From Gammaproteobacteria bacterium (GTDB taxonomy: Bacteria; Pseudomonadota; Gammaproteobacteria; UBA4575): 64,000 nucleotides of DNA. The position numbers were made by a program, and so were the translations under genes. Below, piece by piece: positions 16,694-25,687 of the stretch (position 1 is the stretch's first letter; each line of letters opens with the position of its first letter). The notes under the pieces are model-generated. The model was not told where the DNA came from and searched no databases. It worked only from the letters and a program-made list of their open reading frames with translations. Location of the stretch: NCBI GenBank assembly GCA_965243395.1, contig CBDEUS010000002.1, forward strand, positions 128,001-192,000, given 5' to 3'.

Positions 16694-16849
16694 CTACGTA
16701 ATTGGGTCCTCTAAGGTGGCCCCAATAAAATTATTTGTGCCGAGATTCGATATCTCATGCACAGCAACACACCACAAAAAACACGACGGCTTTAATAACC
16801 GCTGCATTAGTTGCGCTGAAAAACTAGTTGTATATGTACTTCTATTCAT
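16694..16849 (-). CDS. putative leader peptide (51 aa, near-leaderless)
   Basis: Below the ORF-track cut-off. MNRSTYTTSFSAQLMQRLLKPSCFLWCVAVHEISNLGTNNFIGATLEDPIT*. ATG is 10 nt after the -10 box and the stop abuts attenuator segment 1. Confidence 0.65.
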   Translation of the reverse strand: MNRSTYTTSFSAQLMQRLLKPSCFLWCVAVHEISNLGTNNFIGATLEDPIT

Positions 16850-16887
16850 AGTGCGCGAAAGTCTAATGATATGGATTTTAAAGTCAA
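16850..16887 (-). promoter_or_regulatory. stable-RNA-type sigma70 promoter of the tRNA array
   Basis: TTGACT (16887-16882), 16 bp, TAGACT (16865-16860), then GC-rich discriminator TTCGCGCAC. Confidence 0.75.
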
Positions 16888-16937
16888 GTAATATTTTACT
16901 AAGTAAAGTGTGAATTTACGCCCAATTATCGGCCAAA

Positions 16938-17591
16938 TTAATCCTCAAGGGCTGACAAAAAAGAAATCATTGCTTTACGTTGTTTTTCATTTAAAGAGAG
17001 TGATGCAGAAATTATTTCTTGAATGTCCGTTAATTGTTTTTGAAATTCTTTATTGTTCAATTCTTTAGGTGCTTCATCCAACCAACCTACTGGTTTTTTT
17101 GCTGCAACTTCAATTCCTCTTGCAAACTCATCACTCATGCTTGGAATAAATGGTGTTTTGTAATGTTGTTGAAATAATTCCCATGATACTCCTGCTGATT
17201 CACATTCTTTTTTAGAACAAACCTTATTACCAGACTTTCCACATAGGGTCTTAAAGTTTGTAAATCTAACGATTTGAAGAAATGGGTCTAAGTTTTTTAC
17301 AGGAGCAGTGCCAAATAATAACCAATTGGTGGAATATCCAGTAACTTTGCTAATACCTTCAATGATTTTTAAATTTGGGTTTTGTGGAGCCGACGTTTCG
17401 TAAAGAGAAAGAAGTTGTTTTGACACCTTTAGTCTTCTTTTTTTCAATAATTGCATCATCTCACTTGGATCAATGCCATTAACTACACGTGCAAAACGCA
17501 CCCTTGATGAAACTGTAGCTAATTCATTTTTTCGTTTTGAACTACTAGTTGATTTTTTGGAGACACGACGTTTAGATTTATTTTTTACCAT
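16938..17591 (-). CDS. XRE/Cro-CI-type HTH protein with a basic N-terminal tail
   Basis: SRVRFAR...VSKQLLSLYET...NPNLKIIEGISKVTGYSTNWLLFG. Confidence 0.7.
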   Translation of the reverse strand: MVKNKSKRRVSKKSTSSSKRKNELATVSSRVRFARVVNGIDPSEMMQLLKKRRLKVSKQLLSLYETSAPQNPNLKIIEGISKVTGYSTNWLLFGTAPVKNLDPFLQIVRFTNFKTLCGKSGNKVCSKKECESAGVSWELFQQHYKTPFIPSMSDEFARGIEVAAKKPVGWLDEAPKELNNKEFQKQLTDIQEIISASLSLNEKQRKAMISFLSALED

Positions 17592-17642
17592 TCGTTTTTC
17601 ACTTCATGTTTTCAAGCAATAATTTTAAATTCTTATTATTTT

Positions 17643-19358
17643 CTATGGTATGACGGGTACTCGCATATGCGTAGGCGTTTCTCCTCCGAAACAAATTTTT
17701 TGCATAGCACTTATTGCCTCAGTCTCATAAGGAATGGAATCTCCAGTGTTTGGGTTTCGATCAAATCTTGGGAAACTGCTGCTTGTGATATGGACCCTAA
17801 TTTGATGTCCCTTTTTGAAAACATAACTTGTAGGCCACAGTTCAATCTCAATCTTTTTCGCATTTTTACAGCTTTGTCCTTCTAATTGATACTCCGCTCT
17901 TTTTATGCCATCAGTAACGTTATAGGAACTTCCATCTTCAAATACATCCGTAATTCTAACTACAAAATCTGTATTACTTACATTTGTTTGCACATAAAGA
18001 AATGCAGATACAGGACCAGTTATTTCAGTATCTTCATTCAGCACTTCGCTTGTATAAACAAGTACATCTTTTCTCGATTCGATTTCATTTTGCAGTGCGA
18101 TCCCAGCCCGTGGACCTAAAACTACTCCACCATTTGATGGAACTGGAATATTTGGATCATAGACATAATGATCAAACCCAAATTTTTCAGGATTAGCCCA
18201 AGTTAATTTTCCCGAATGTGCTGAAGTACCCGCAGTTCCATCACTGGAAATGTATAAATTCTTAAATTGAGTCCTCGCTAATGGCCATTCGTTTTCATAT
18301 CTCCATTCATTCTTACCAAGTACAAATAATTTAATTTTTCCCAAGCCATTTTTCTCATTGTTTTGTTCTAATAATTTTTTGTCAAACCAATTTAAGGCTT
18401 CTTTGATACTTGTCTCTCTATATGTTGGTACTTTATTTAAACTAGGTATTTTTACTTCTCTTGCATGTGACCACGGACCGACTATTATTTCTCCCTGTTT
18501 TAATTGCACGAAATCATTAATTTGAGAGGGTAAAAATGGGTCAAACCAGCCAGCAAGCATTTGCACGGGGGCACTTATTGTTTTTGCTCTATCGACACCA
18601 TCAATATTAATCCAGTAGTTATTTTTAGTATTGTTTAGTACCCAGTCGTTAAAAAACTGTATGTCTTTATCAGCGCGCTCGTCTGCTTCAATTAATGGGA
18701 ACCCATCAAATCCTTTTTCCATATCCTTAATTTTAGGTTCGATGTCTTTTTTGCCACCACTTTGAAGTGACCATCTAAGTGCGCTCTCAAGAGAGAAAGC
18801 ACCGCCTGGGTAAAACATGTCATAGAAGCTAGTACTAACAATATGCAAGTGGTAAGCACTGATACTTGGATTAATTTGATCAGAGATGGCTAGCTGTGTG
18901 TATCCAAAAGCAGAACCACCCCACATGCCAAGTTGTCCATTGAACCATGGTTGCTCGTTCAACCATTGCAATGTTTCGATTCCATCACTTCTTTCATTTA
19001 TTAATGGATAGTAATCACCTTGAGATTTATAACGCCCACGTGTTCCTTGAATAACAACATTGTATCCACGAGATGCCCAGTATCTTGCGACTGATTCTGA
19101 TTTCAAACGATTCGAGAATGTATTTGTAAAAGGTATTCTTACTAAAATCGTAGGTACCGGTTTATTAACAATTGGCCTATAGACATCAGAGACAAGAGTT
19201 ATATTGTCTGATGTAATTAAACTTTTATCTTCATGTTTTACTACTTTATATTCTCTTGATCGAACTCCTTCATTCGGAAGAAATAATTCTTGTGTAATGG
19301 TTTGACAACCATATAACAGAAAAAATAACAAAAAAGAAAGATATCTAAAAAGTTTCAT
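17643..19358 (-). CDS. CocE/NonD family hydrolase (lipoprotein)
   Basis: Lipobox LYGC, QGTRGRYKSQG, GMWGGSAFG, SSSFPRFDRNPNTG. Confidence 0.9.
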   Translation of the reverse strand: MKLFRYLSFLLFFLLYGCQTITQELFLPNEGVRSREYKVVKHEDKSLITSDNITLVSDVYRPIVNKPVPTILVRIPFTNTFSNRLKSESVARYWASRGYNVVIQGTRGRYKSQGDYYPLINERSDGIETLQWLNEQPWFNGQLGMWGGSAFGYTQLAISDQINPSISAYHLHIVSTSFYDMFYPGGAFSLESALRWSLQSGGKKDIEPKIKDMEKGFDGFPLIEADERADKDIQFFNDWVLNNTKNNYWINIDGVDRAKTISAPVQMLAGWFDPFLPSQINDFVQLKQGEIIVGPWSHAREVKIPSLNKVPTYRETSIKEALNWFDKKLLEQNNEKNGLGKIKLFVLGKNEWRYENEWPLARTQFKNLYISSDGTAGTSAHSGKLTWANPEKFGFDHYVYDPNIPVPSNGGVVLGPRAGIALQNEIESRKDVLVYTSEVLNEDTEITGPVSAFLYVQTNVSNTDFVVRITDVFEDGSSYNVTDGIKRAEYQLEGQSCKNAKKIEIELWPTSYVFKKGHQIRVHITSSSFPRFDRNPNTGDSIPYETEAISAMQKICFGGETPTHMRVPVIP

Positions 19359-20101
19359 CTTGGTTTTTTTCGCTTCACACCTAGCAATTTAGCAAACCCC
19401 CATTTTCTGAAACCGAGCATCATTGCAACACCATTACGCTTATTAGCAGGTATTTTCAAATCTTCGCTAATTAACTGGTCAAAGTATCTTGCAACTTCAT
19501 CAAGCTTCTCATGCATTTTATGGATTGCCCCGTCGGTAAGCATTCCGCCAACGAAATGGAGTTTTTCATCTTGATGCAAAAATTTAGTTTTTAGAAACTC
19601 TGTTAACACTTCTTGATTGAAAAACTTTTGTACAGGCCCATTGTCAGACCATTTAAAATTTCGAGCCGTTAATACTCGAATTCGATTGAATGGTTGTAGC
19701 TCTATAAGTCCAATTTTTTCTAATTTTATAAAATGCTTGTTAAGCTCGGCTTCAGATATATCAAACGTATCTTTTATTTCATATTCTTTCCAATGATTGA
19801 GAACAAGGTAAGTGACGAGTAGTAAACGATGATTATTCACAAACTCTTTTTCTTGCTCTAGCGTAAGTTGTGTCACCAAAGGTTGTTGTTGCTCAGAATC
19901 TAAAACAATTTCTTTGATATCGATTCCAAGCCAACTGCACAAAGTTTCAAGTCGATTTAAAGATAGTCCTCCCGTGGAAAAGAGTCTTCTGATACTGGGC
20001 TCACTGAGCTGTAATACTTTTGCTGCATCGCTGTATGTTTTCCCCTGCTCCCTTATCCGTTTCTTTAGAGCAACATGAATTGATTTGCTTTGAATTGCCA
20101 T
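19355..20101 (-). CDS. XRE-family HTH transcriptional regulator
   Basis: LKKRIREQGKTYSDAAKVLQLSEPSIRRLFS; divergent from the desaturase/GH3 operon. Confidence 0.85.
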   Translation of the reverse strand: MAIQSKSIHVALKKRIREQGKTYSDAAKVLQLSEPSIRRLFSTGGLSLNRLETLCSWLGIDIKEIVLDSEQQQPLVTQLTLEQEKEFVNNHRLLLVTYLVLNHWKEYEIKDTFDISEAELNKHFIKLEKIGLIELQPFNRIRVLTARNFKWSDNGPVQKFFNQEVLTEFLKTKFLHQDEKLHFVGGMLTDGAIHKMHEKLDEVARYFDQLISEDLKIPANKRNGVAMMLGFRKWGFAKLLGVKRKKPR

Positions 20102-20211
20102 AATGTATTATATATTGATACATATTGACTATATTTTGCAATTATTTAGATAAATATTGCAAATATTGAGACAAAACGGAAATATACTCTCAAATACAAG
20201 GGAGTATCAGC

Positions 20212-20943
20212 GTGAGTCCATTTGTCATAATTGTCGCTATAGGGATCAGCATGATCATAATTGAAAGATTGTGGCCAAACGCTGTGTTACCCAATACTCC
20301 ACGTTGGTGGGCAAGAGCTTTTACATTTAATTTTGCCCAAGCGTTAATCAGTTTTATTGCGGCGGTTACTTGGGACAAGTGGTTTCCATACTTCAATTTA
20401 TTTGATATCGACACACTTCCTAACGCTGTTCAAATATTTATTGGCTACATCACAATTACATTTATCTATTATTGGTGGCATCGTGCACGACATGAAATTC
20501 CTTTGCTGTGGAATGTGTTTCACCAAATTCATCATAGTCCAGCAAGACTAGAGGTAATCACAAGCTTTTATAAACATCCGCTAGAAATATTCGTAAACGG
20601 AGTACTATCAAGTTGGTTGTTACATAGCTTATTAGGTGTAACACCCACCGTTGCTGCCTCTGTTGTGATGATCACCGGTCTTGCTGAATTCTTTTATCAC
20701 TGGAATATACGCACACCTTACTGGTTAGGATACTTGTTTCAGCGCCCAGAAAGTCATCGCGTGCATCATCAGCATGGGCTTCATCATTTTAATTATTCGG
20801 ATTTACCGGTTTGGGACATGTTATTTGGAACATTCAATAATCCTAAATCAACACCCATGCAAACAGGATTTGAAATTAAAGATGAATTACAGCTTAAAAC
20901 CATGTTGCTTGGAAAGCCTGTTGTTAATAGGAAAACATCATGA
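20212..20943 (+). CDS. sterol desaturase/fatty acid hydroxylase family protein
   Basis: YWWHRARH, HQIHHS, HRVHH, WDMLFGT. Confidence 0.9.
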   Translation: MSPFVIIVAIGISMIIIERLWPNAVLPNTPRWWARAFTFNFAQALISFIAAVTWDKWFPYFNLFDIDTLPNAVQIFIGYITITFIYYWWHRARHEIPLLWNVFHQIHHSPARLEVITSFYKHPLEIFVNGVLSSWLLHSLLGVTPTVAASVVMITGLAEFFYHWNIRTPYWLGYLFQRPESHRVHHQHGLHHFNYSDLPVWDMLFGTFNNPKSTPMQTGFEIKDELQLKTMLLGKPVVNRKTS

Positions 20944-21437
20944 AGCATAAAATAATTTTTTTATTCTTAATATTCATAGGCAGTGTACGCGCAGTTGCAG
21001 ATATTGGTGGATATTCAAACGTATCTTCGTTTTTCTCATTATTTAATGCATCACCCGCTATGAAAGTTTTCACGGCACACAAAAATTATGAGACATTTTC
21101 ACCAATTTTTATGCTTGATTTTCATGGAAACAATGGTGCTTCCACATCTGTTGAATTAACACCTGAACTCTATAGAAAATTAGAAGGCCCTTACAATCGA
21201 AGAAACATATTTGGCGCTGCTATTTCCTATGGTCCTGTTCTCGTAAGCAATCAAAATACAGCAGATTTATTTTACAGTGTTGCTAGGTATAGTTTTTGTA
21301 ATCCAGGTAAGCTGATTAAAGAATTAGAAATTGATGTGCCGGATGATGTAAACAAAGTGACGGTTCGTTATCTTCATCAAGAAAATGTAAATACTGATTA
21401 TCCTGTTCAATTGGAGGTGGACTGTGAAAAATTCTAA
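20940..21437 (+). CDS. hypothetical exported protein
   Basis: Signal-like N-terminus, GPYNRRN motif, overlaps both neighbours. Confidence 0.7.
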   Translation: MKHKIIFLFLIFIGSVRAVADIGGYSNVSSFFSLFNASPAMKVFTAHKNYETFSPIFMLDFHGNNGASTSVELTPELYRKLEGPYNRRNIFGAAISYGPVLVSNQNTADLFYSVARYSFCNPGKLIKELEIDVPDDVNKVTVRYLHQENVNTDYPVQLEVDCEKF

Positions 21438-22662
21438 CTGGACTGCTGGTATGTTCGCAATCTTCAGAATTTTACTAGGATCGTATTTAGTAGTGCACTT
21501 TCTACATCTTGTACCATGGGGCGCAGAAGTTTTTGGTAACAATGGAACGCTACATAGTTCTTCAGTCAGTCCACTCATGGGTATCATACCGAACCCACTA
21601 AACACATTAGGTGATAGTTATTTTATAAGTGTATTACTTGTGATCGGTGCAATAAGTGGAATACTACTTGTATTAGGCAAGTGGGACCGCATAGGTGCTG
21701 CTATTTCATTGGTTGTATTAGCATGGCTCTATCAACGAAATCCTCTGATTGCGAATCCTTCGTTACCATTACTTGGTTGGATGTTGCTTGCTTATTGCTT
21801 TATACCTTTAGGAGGAATAGGCCGGGCATTTATAAATAACCGAGATACGACAAATTTTAACTGGCGATTACCAGGATCTGTATGGTGGGCAGCATGGATC
21901 GTATTAGGTGTAGCTTATACATATAGTGGCTATACAAAGTTATTAAGTCCATCATGGGTGGACGGCTCTGCAATAAGTATTGTTCTAGAAAATCCTCTAG
22001 CAAGAGACTATTTTTTAAATAGTTTCCTTTTATCTATAGATCCATGGTTTTTAAAAGGCCTTACGTGGGCAATTACATGGATTGAATTATTATTTCTACC
22101 ACTAATTGCATTTAAGTCAACGCGATTTATTGTGTGGGCGTTGATGTTGATTGTGCAGTTTGGCTTTCTTTTCTTGCTTAACTTTGCAGATTTAACGTTT
22201 CCAATGTTGCTTATCCATTTATTGCTATTCGACCCTCAATGGATCAAACCAAAGCCAAATAAAAAAGAAACGATTTTCTATGATGGAAATTGTGCATTGT
22301 GTCATTCTGTTATACGCCTTGCATTATCTGAAATGCCAAGAGGACGATACACATTTTCACCACTTCAAGGTAAATTGTTTGAAAATGCAATTCCAGAAAG
22401 TGCACGTTCACAATTACCCGATTCCTTTCTCGTTCTTACAAGTGACAATAAAGTGAAAGTCGAAGGTGATGCAGTTTTGCATGTGCTTCGTAGCTTTGGA
22501 GGACTGTGGTACTTATTAGGAACAGCTTTGAGTATTTTACCCAAAGTGATAATAAATTTCGGATATCGGGTTGTAGCAATAGTAAGATACCGATTATTTG
22601 GAACAAAAAGTAATTTGTGCCCGATAGTACCAACTGAATTCCAAAAATTATTCGTTAGTTAA
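21424..22662 (+). CDS. HTTM-like membrane domain fused to a DCC1/DUF393 domain
   Basis: FRILLG...YSGYTKL..W.DG (HTTM-like), then FYDGNCALC and RYRLFG..C (DUF393). Confidence 0.75.
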   Translation: MKNSNWTAGMFAIFRILLGSYLVVHFLHLVPWGAEVFGNNGTLHSSSVSPLMGIIPNPLNTLGDSYFISVLLVIGAISGILLVLGKWDRIGAAISLVVLAWLYQRNPLIANPSLPLLGWMLLAYCFIPLGGIGRAFINNRDTTNFNWRLPGSVWWAAWIVLGVAYTYSGYTKLLSPSWVDGSAISIVLENPLARDYFLNSFLLSIDPWFLKGLTWAITWIELLFLPLIAFKSTRFIVWALMLIVQFGFLFLLNFADLTFPMLLIHLLLFDPQWIKPKPNKKETIFYDGNCALCHSVIRLALSEMPRGRYTFSPLQGKLFENAIPESARSQLPDSFLVLTSDNKVKVEGDAVLHVLRSFGGLWYLLGTALSILPKVIINFGYRVVAIVRYRLFGTKSNLCPIVPTEFQKLFVS

Positions 22663-22666
22663 AACT

Positions 22667-23101
22667 ATGAGCAAGAGTAGTAAATATGCAATTGTTCTTT
22701 GGGTATTGCTTGGACTTTTCTGTTTTCGAGTACTTGCACAACTATTTCAATTTATTTTTGATAGCCCATTTTTGCCACCGTTTGATGCTTGGTACAGCGG
22801 AGCGTTGGCCTATCCTTATTTGCTGATTTCTCAGGTGCTGATTATCAGTATTTATTCATTTATCTGCATTCAATTTACCAAAGGTGTCTTTACGCCATCT
22901 AATCGGGTAGGAGTATTTTTCTTAGCAATTGGGGGCGTTTATGTGTGCTTTATGCTAGGAAGATTGCTTATTGGTCAGCTATTTACTTCTTCTGCTTGGT
23001 TTCACGCTTACATTCCCATTTTCTTTCATTTTATTCTTGCGCTATTCCTAATTGTAGTTGGAATATTTCATATCAGAAATAAGAATATAGATGACTACTG
23101 A
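22667..23101 (+). CDS. hypothetical membrane protein
   Basis: 4 TM segments, within the operon. Confidence 0.7.
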   Translation: MSKSSKYAIVLWVLLGLFCFRVLAQLFQFIFDSPFLPPFDAWYSGALAYPYLLISQVLIISIYSFICIQFTKGVFTPSNRVGVFFLAIGGVYVCFMLGRLLIGQLFTSSAWFHAYIPIFFHFILALFLIVVGIFHIRNKNIDDY

Positions 23102-25679
23102 AGCAGTAAATAGATGGTTACCATGGGTTGCATACCCGCTTGGTATTGGAATAGGGATCTATCTGCATTTAACTATGCTGTCTTGGGGTATTGATATTCA
23201 AATTAGTACTTATGTACCAGTATTCCTTGCAGCTGGAATAATTACATTGCTTGAGATTTATTTTCCATATTTACAACAATGGAAACCCAATACTCAAGAT
23301 ATAAAAAATGATGCAATGTACATGCTTGTGGTACAAACGATCTTGCCAAAAGTATTGGCATTTCTTACTGCATTAGTACTGTTACGTTATTCAAACGAAA
23401 GTGGATTATTTAATTTAAACCTTTGGCCTCATCACTTACCGGTTTGGCTTCAGGCAGTGCTAATGATTTTAGTGGCTGATTTTCTCCGTTACTGGCTTCA
23501 TGTTGCTTCTCATAAAAATCGTTTCTTATGGAGATTTCATGCAGTTCATCATTCTCCTAAAAAATTGTATTGGATAAACACCGGAAGATTTCATCCCATT
23601 GAAGAAGTTGCTCAGTTTTTACTCGATGCTTTACCTTTCATTCTATTGGGTGTCAGTGAATATGTTTTGGCATTTTATTTCGTTTTCTATGCTATCAATG
23701 GTTTTTTTCAGCACTCCAATATAAGACTTAAGTTTGGTGTATTGAATTACGTAATTAGCACAGCAGAACTACATCGTTGGCATCATTCACGTCTTGAGAA
23801 TGAATCTAATTCTAACTATGGAAATAACACAATTATCTGGGATCTAGTCTTTTGTACAAGATACCTGCCTAGTGATAGAAGCATTGAAAAAATAGGGCTC
23901 ATTAATTCTAAATATCCCATAACGTTTTTAGATCAACTTAAAACACCATTTGTTGGAGGACTGGATAAAAAGTATTTGCCATTGCCTAGCATTAAACAGC
24001 TAATTGTGAACGGTTTAATTAAGCTTCAAATGAACATTACCAAACATACTATTTGGAAACCTATGCTAAAAGCTGCCATAGACCCTATGCATACGCAATT
24101 TAGTTTCCTAAAAAAACTCATTGAAGAAAATGCTGATACTGAATTCGGCAAAGAACATCATTTTAAAAAAATTAACTCTTATGAAGATTACTGCAGGCTT
24201 GTTCCTATTCAGTCATACGAAAGCTTAAGTCCATATTTTACAAAACAAGATAAGTTAAAAGAATTTTCGATAAACAGCCAACAACCGTTTATGTATGCCG
24301 TTACAAGCGGTACTACGGGTGCATCTAAACTTATACCGATTCTTGATAAGACAGTTAAACAAAATAAAAAACACCAGAAGCTTTTTACCTATATTCAATA
24401 CAGAGACAATCCGGGAACATTCAGCGGTAAAATGCTTGGAATTGTAAGCCCTGCGATTGAAGGATATACAGAGCCAGGTACGCCATTTGGCTCAGTATCT
24501 GGTGTTCTATATAAAAACATGCCTTCGATCATGAAATCGAAATATGTGCTTCCATTTGAAATTTTTTCAATTGAAAACTATGACCTTAAATATCAGCTAA
24601 TTCTTAGGATTGCTCTATCACACAAAGATATCACCTACTTTGTTACAGCAAATCCATCAACTTTACTATTACTCAACAAAATACTAAACGAGGATATTTC
24701 TGTATTAGCAAATGAAATTGAGCAAGGAGATTTTAGAGAATACGAAACTTTACCAAAGAGCATCCAAACATTTATTACAAAGAATTTGAAGCCAAATCCT
24801 GATCGGGCAAATGAACTACGTCAGCTGATATTGAATAAAAAAGAAATTACTTTTGCGGATGTGTGGCCACAATTACAAACTGTTGTTACTTGGACGGGTG
24901 GTAGTTGTGGTATCGCAATAGATGCGGTTAAGCAAAAACTTCCAGCCATTACAAAAGTAATCGAGCTAGGTTATATGGCTACTGAAGTCAGAGGGACTAT
25001 AACAATTGATGCAGAAAAAAATCTTGGTTTACCTACAATTCAAGATAATTTCTTTGAATTTGTTGAAAGAGATGATTGGGAGAATGAAAAACATAACTTC
25101 ATAACAATTGATCAACTATCTAAAAACAAAGAATACTATATTTTCATAACAACAAACTCTGGTCTTTATCGATATTTCATCAACGACATAGTAAGAGTAA
25201 ATGGAAAAATTGAAAATACACCTACTATTCAATTCATACAAAAAGGAAAAGGTGTAACTAGTATTACTGGCGAAAAATTATATGAATGTCAGGTTATTGA
25301 ATCGATGAAACTAACGGAAAAAGAATTTAATTTCTCAAACATTTTTTACATGATGCTTGCTGATAATGTACATTCAAACTACGAATTATTCATTGAGACA
25401 CCTGAGAATTATGACCCTCCTTTGGAAGCAATAAGAGACTATATTGAGACTTGTCTATGCAAATTAAATATTGAATACCAAAGTAAGCTTGCAAGCGGGA
25501 GATTAAAACCACTTTCTTTGCATCATATAAAAAGTGGGACAAGAGAAAGTTTTAAGAAATTTTATATTGAAAAAGGTCAAAAAGAGAGTCAATTTAAAAT
25601 CGTGGCACTTCAATATAAGGATGAACTAGAGTTTGATTTTGAGAATTATATTATAGAATTATTTGAAAAGGCGAGTTAA
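23091..25679 (+). CDS. sterol desaturase - GH3 (acyl-adenylate/amido synthetase) fusion protein
   Basis: N-terminal YWLHVASH, HAVHHS, HRWHHS; C-terminal TSGTTGASKLIP, GYMATE, GLYRYFINDIV. Confidence 0.85.
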   Translation: MTTEAVNRWLPWVAYPLGIGIGIYLHLTMLSWGIDIQISTYVPVFLAAGIITLLEIYFPYLQQWKPNTQDIKNDAMYMLVVQTILPKVLAFLTALVLLRYSNESGLFNLNLWPHHLPVWLQAVLMILVADFLRYWLHVASHKNRFLWRFHAVHHSPKKLYWINTGRFHPIEEVAQFLLDALPFILLGVSEYVLAFYFVFYAINGFFQHSNIRLKFGVLNYVISTAELHRWHHSRLENESNSNYGNNTIIWDLVFCTRYLPSDRSIEKIGLINSKYPITFLDQLKTPFVGGLDKKYLPLPSIKQLIVNGLIKLQMNITKHTIWKPMLKAAIDPMHTQFSFLKKLIEENADTEFGKEHHFKKINSYEDYCRLVPIQSYESLSPYFTKQDKLKEFSINSQQPFMYAVTSGTTGASKLIPILDKTVKQNKKHQKLFTYIQYRDNPGTFSGKMLGIVSPAIEGYTEPGTPFGSVSGVLYKNMPSIMKSKYVLPFEIFSIENYDLKYQLILRIALSHKDITYFVTANPSTLLLLNKILNEDISVLANEIEQGDFREYETLPKSIQTFITKNLKPNPDRANELRQLILNKKEITFADVWPQLQTVVTWTGGSCGIAIDAVKQKLPAITKVIELGYMATEVRGTITIDAEKNLGLPTIQDNFFEFVERDDWENEKHNFITIDQLSKNKEYYIFITTNSGLYRYFINDIVRVNGKIENTPTIQFIQKGKGVTSITGEKLYECQVIESMKLTEKEFNFSNIFYMMLADNVHSNYELFIETPENYDPPLEAIRDYIETCLCKLNIEYQSKLASGRLKPLSLHHIKSGTRESFKKFYIEKGQKESQFKIVALQYKDELEFDFENYIIELFEKAS

Positions 25680-25687
25680 CCGCAGTC

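Noticed and set aside
16694-16849. Codon diversity of the leader ORF as proof of function
   Set aside because: 36 distinct codons in 51 is about what random sequence gives. Support comes from position and the attenuator pairing instead.
13750-16913. ORF-track ORFs overlapping the tRNA array (13750, 13859, 14002, 14482, 15461, 15678, 16069, 16716)
   Set aside because: Shadow ORFs over tRNA/ncRNA genes, mostly antisense, with no protein motifs.
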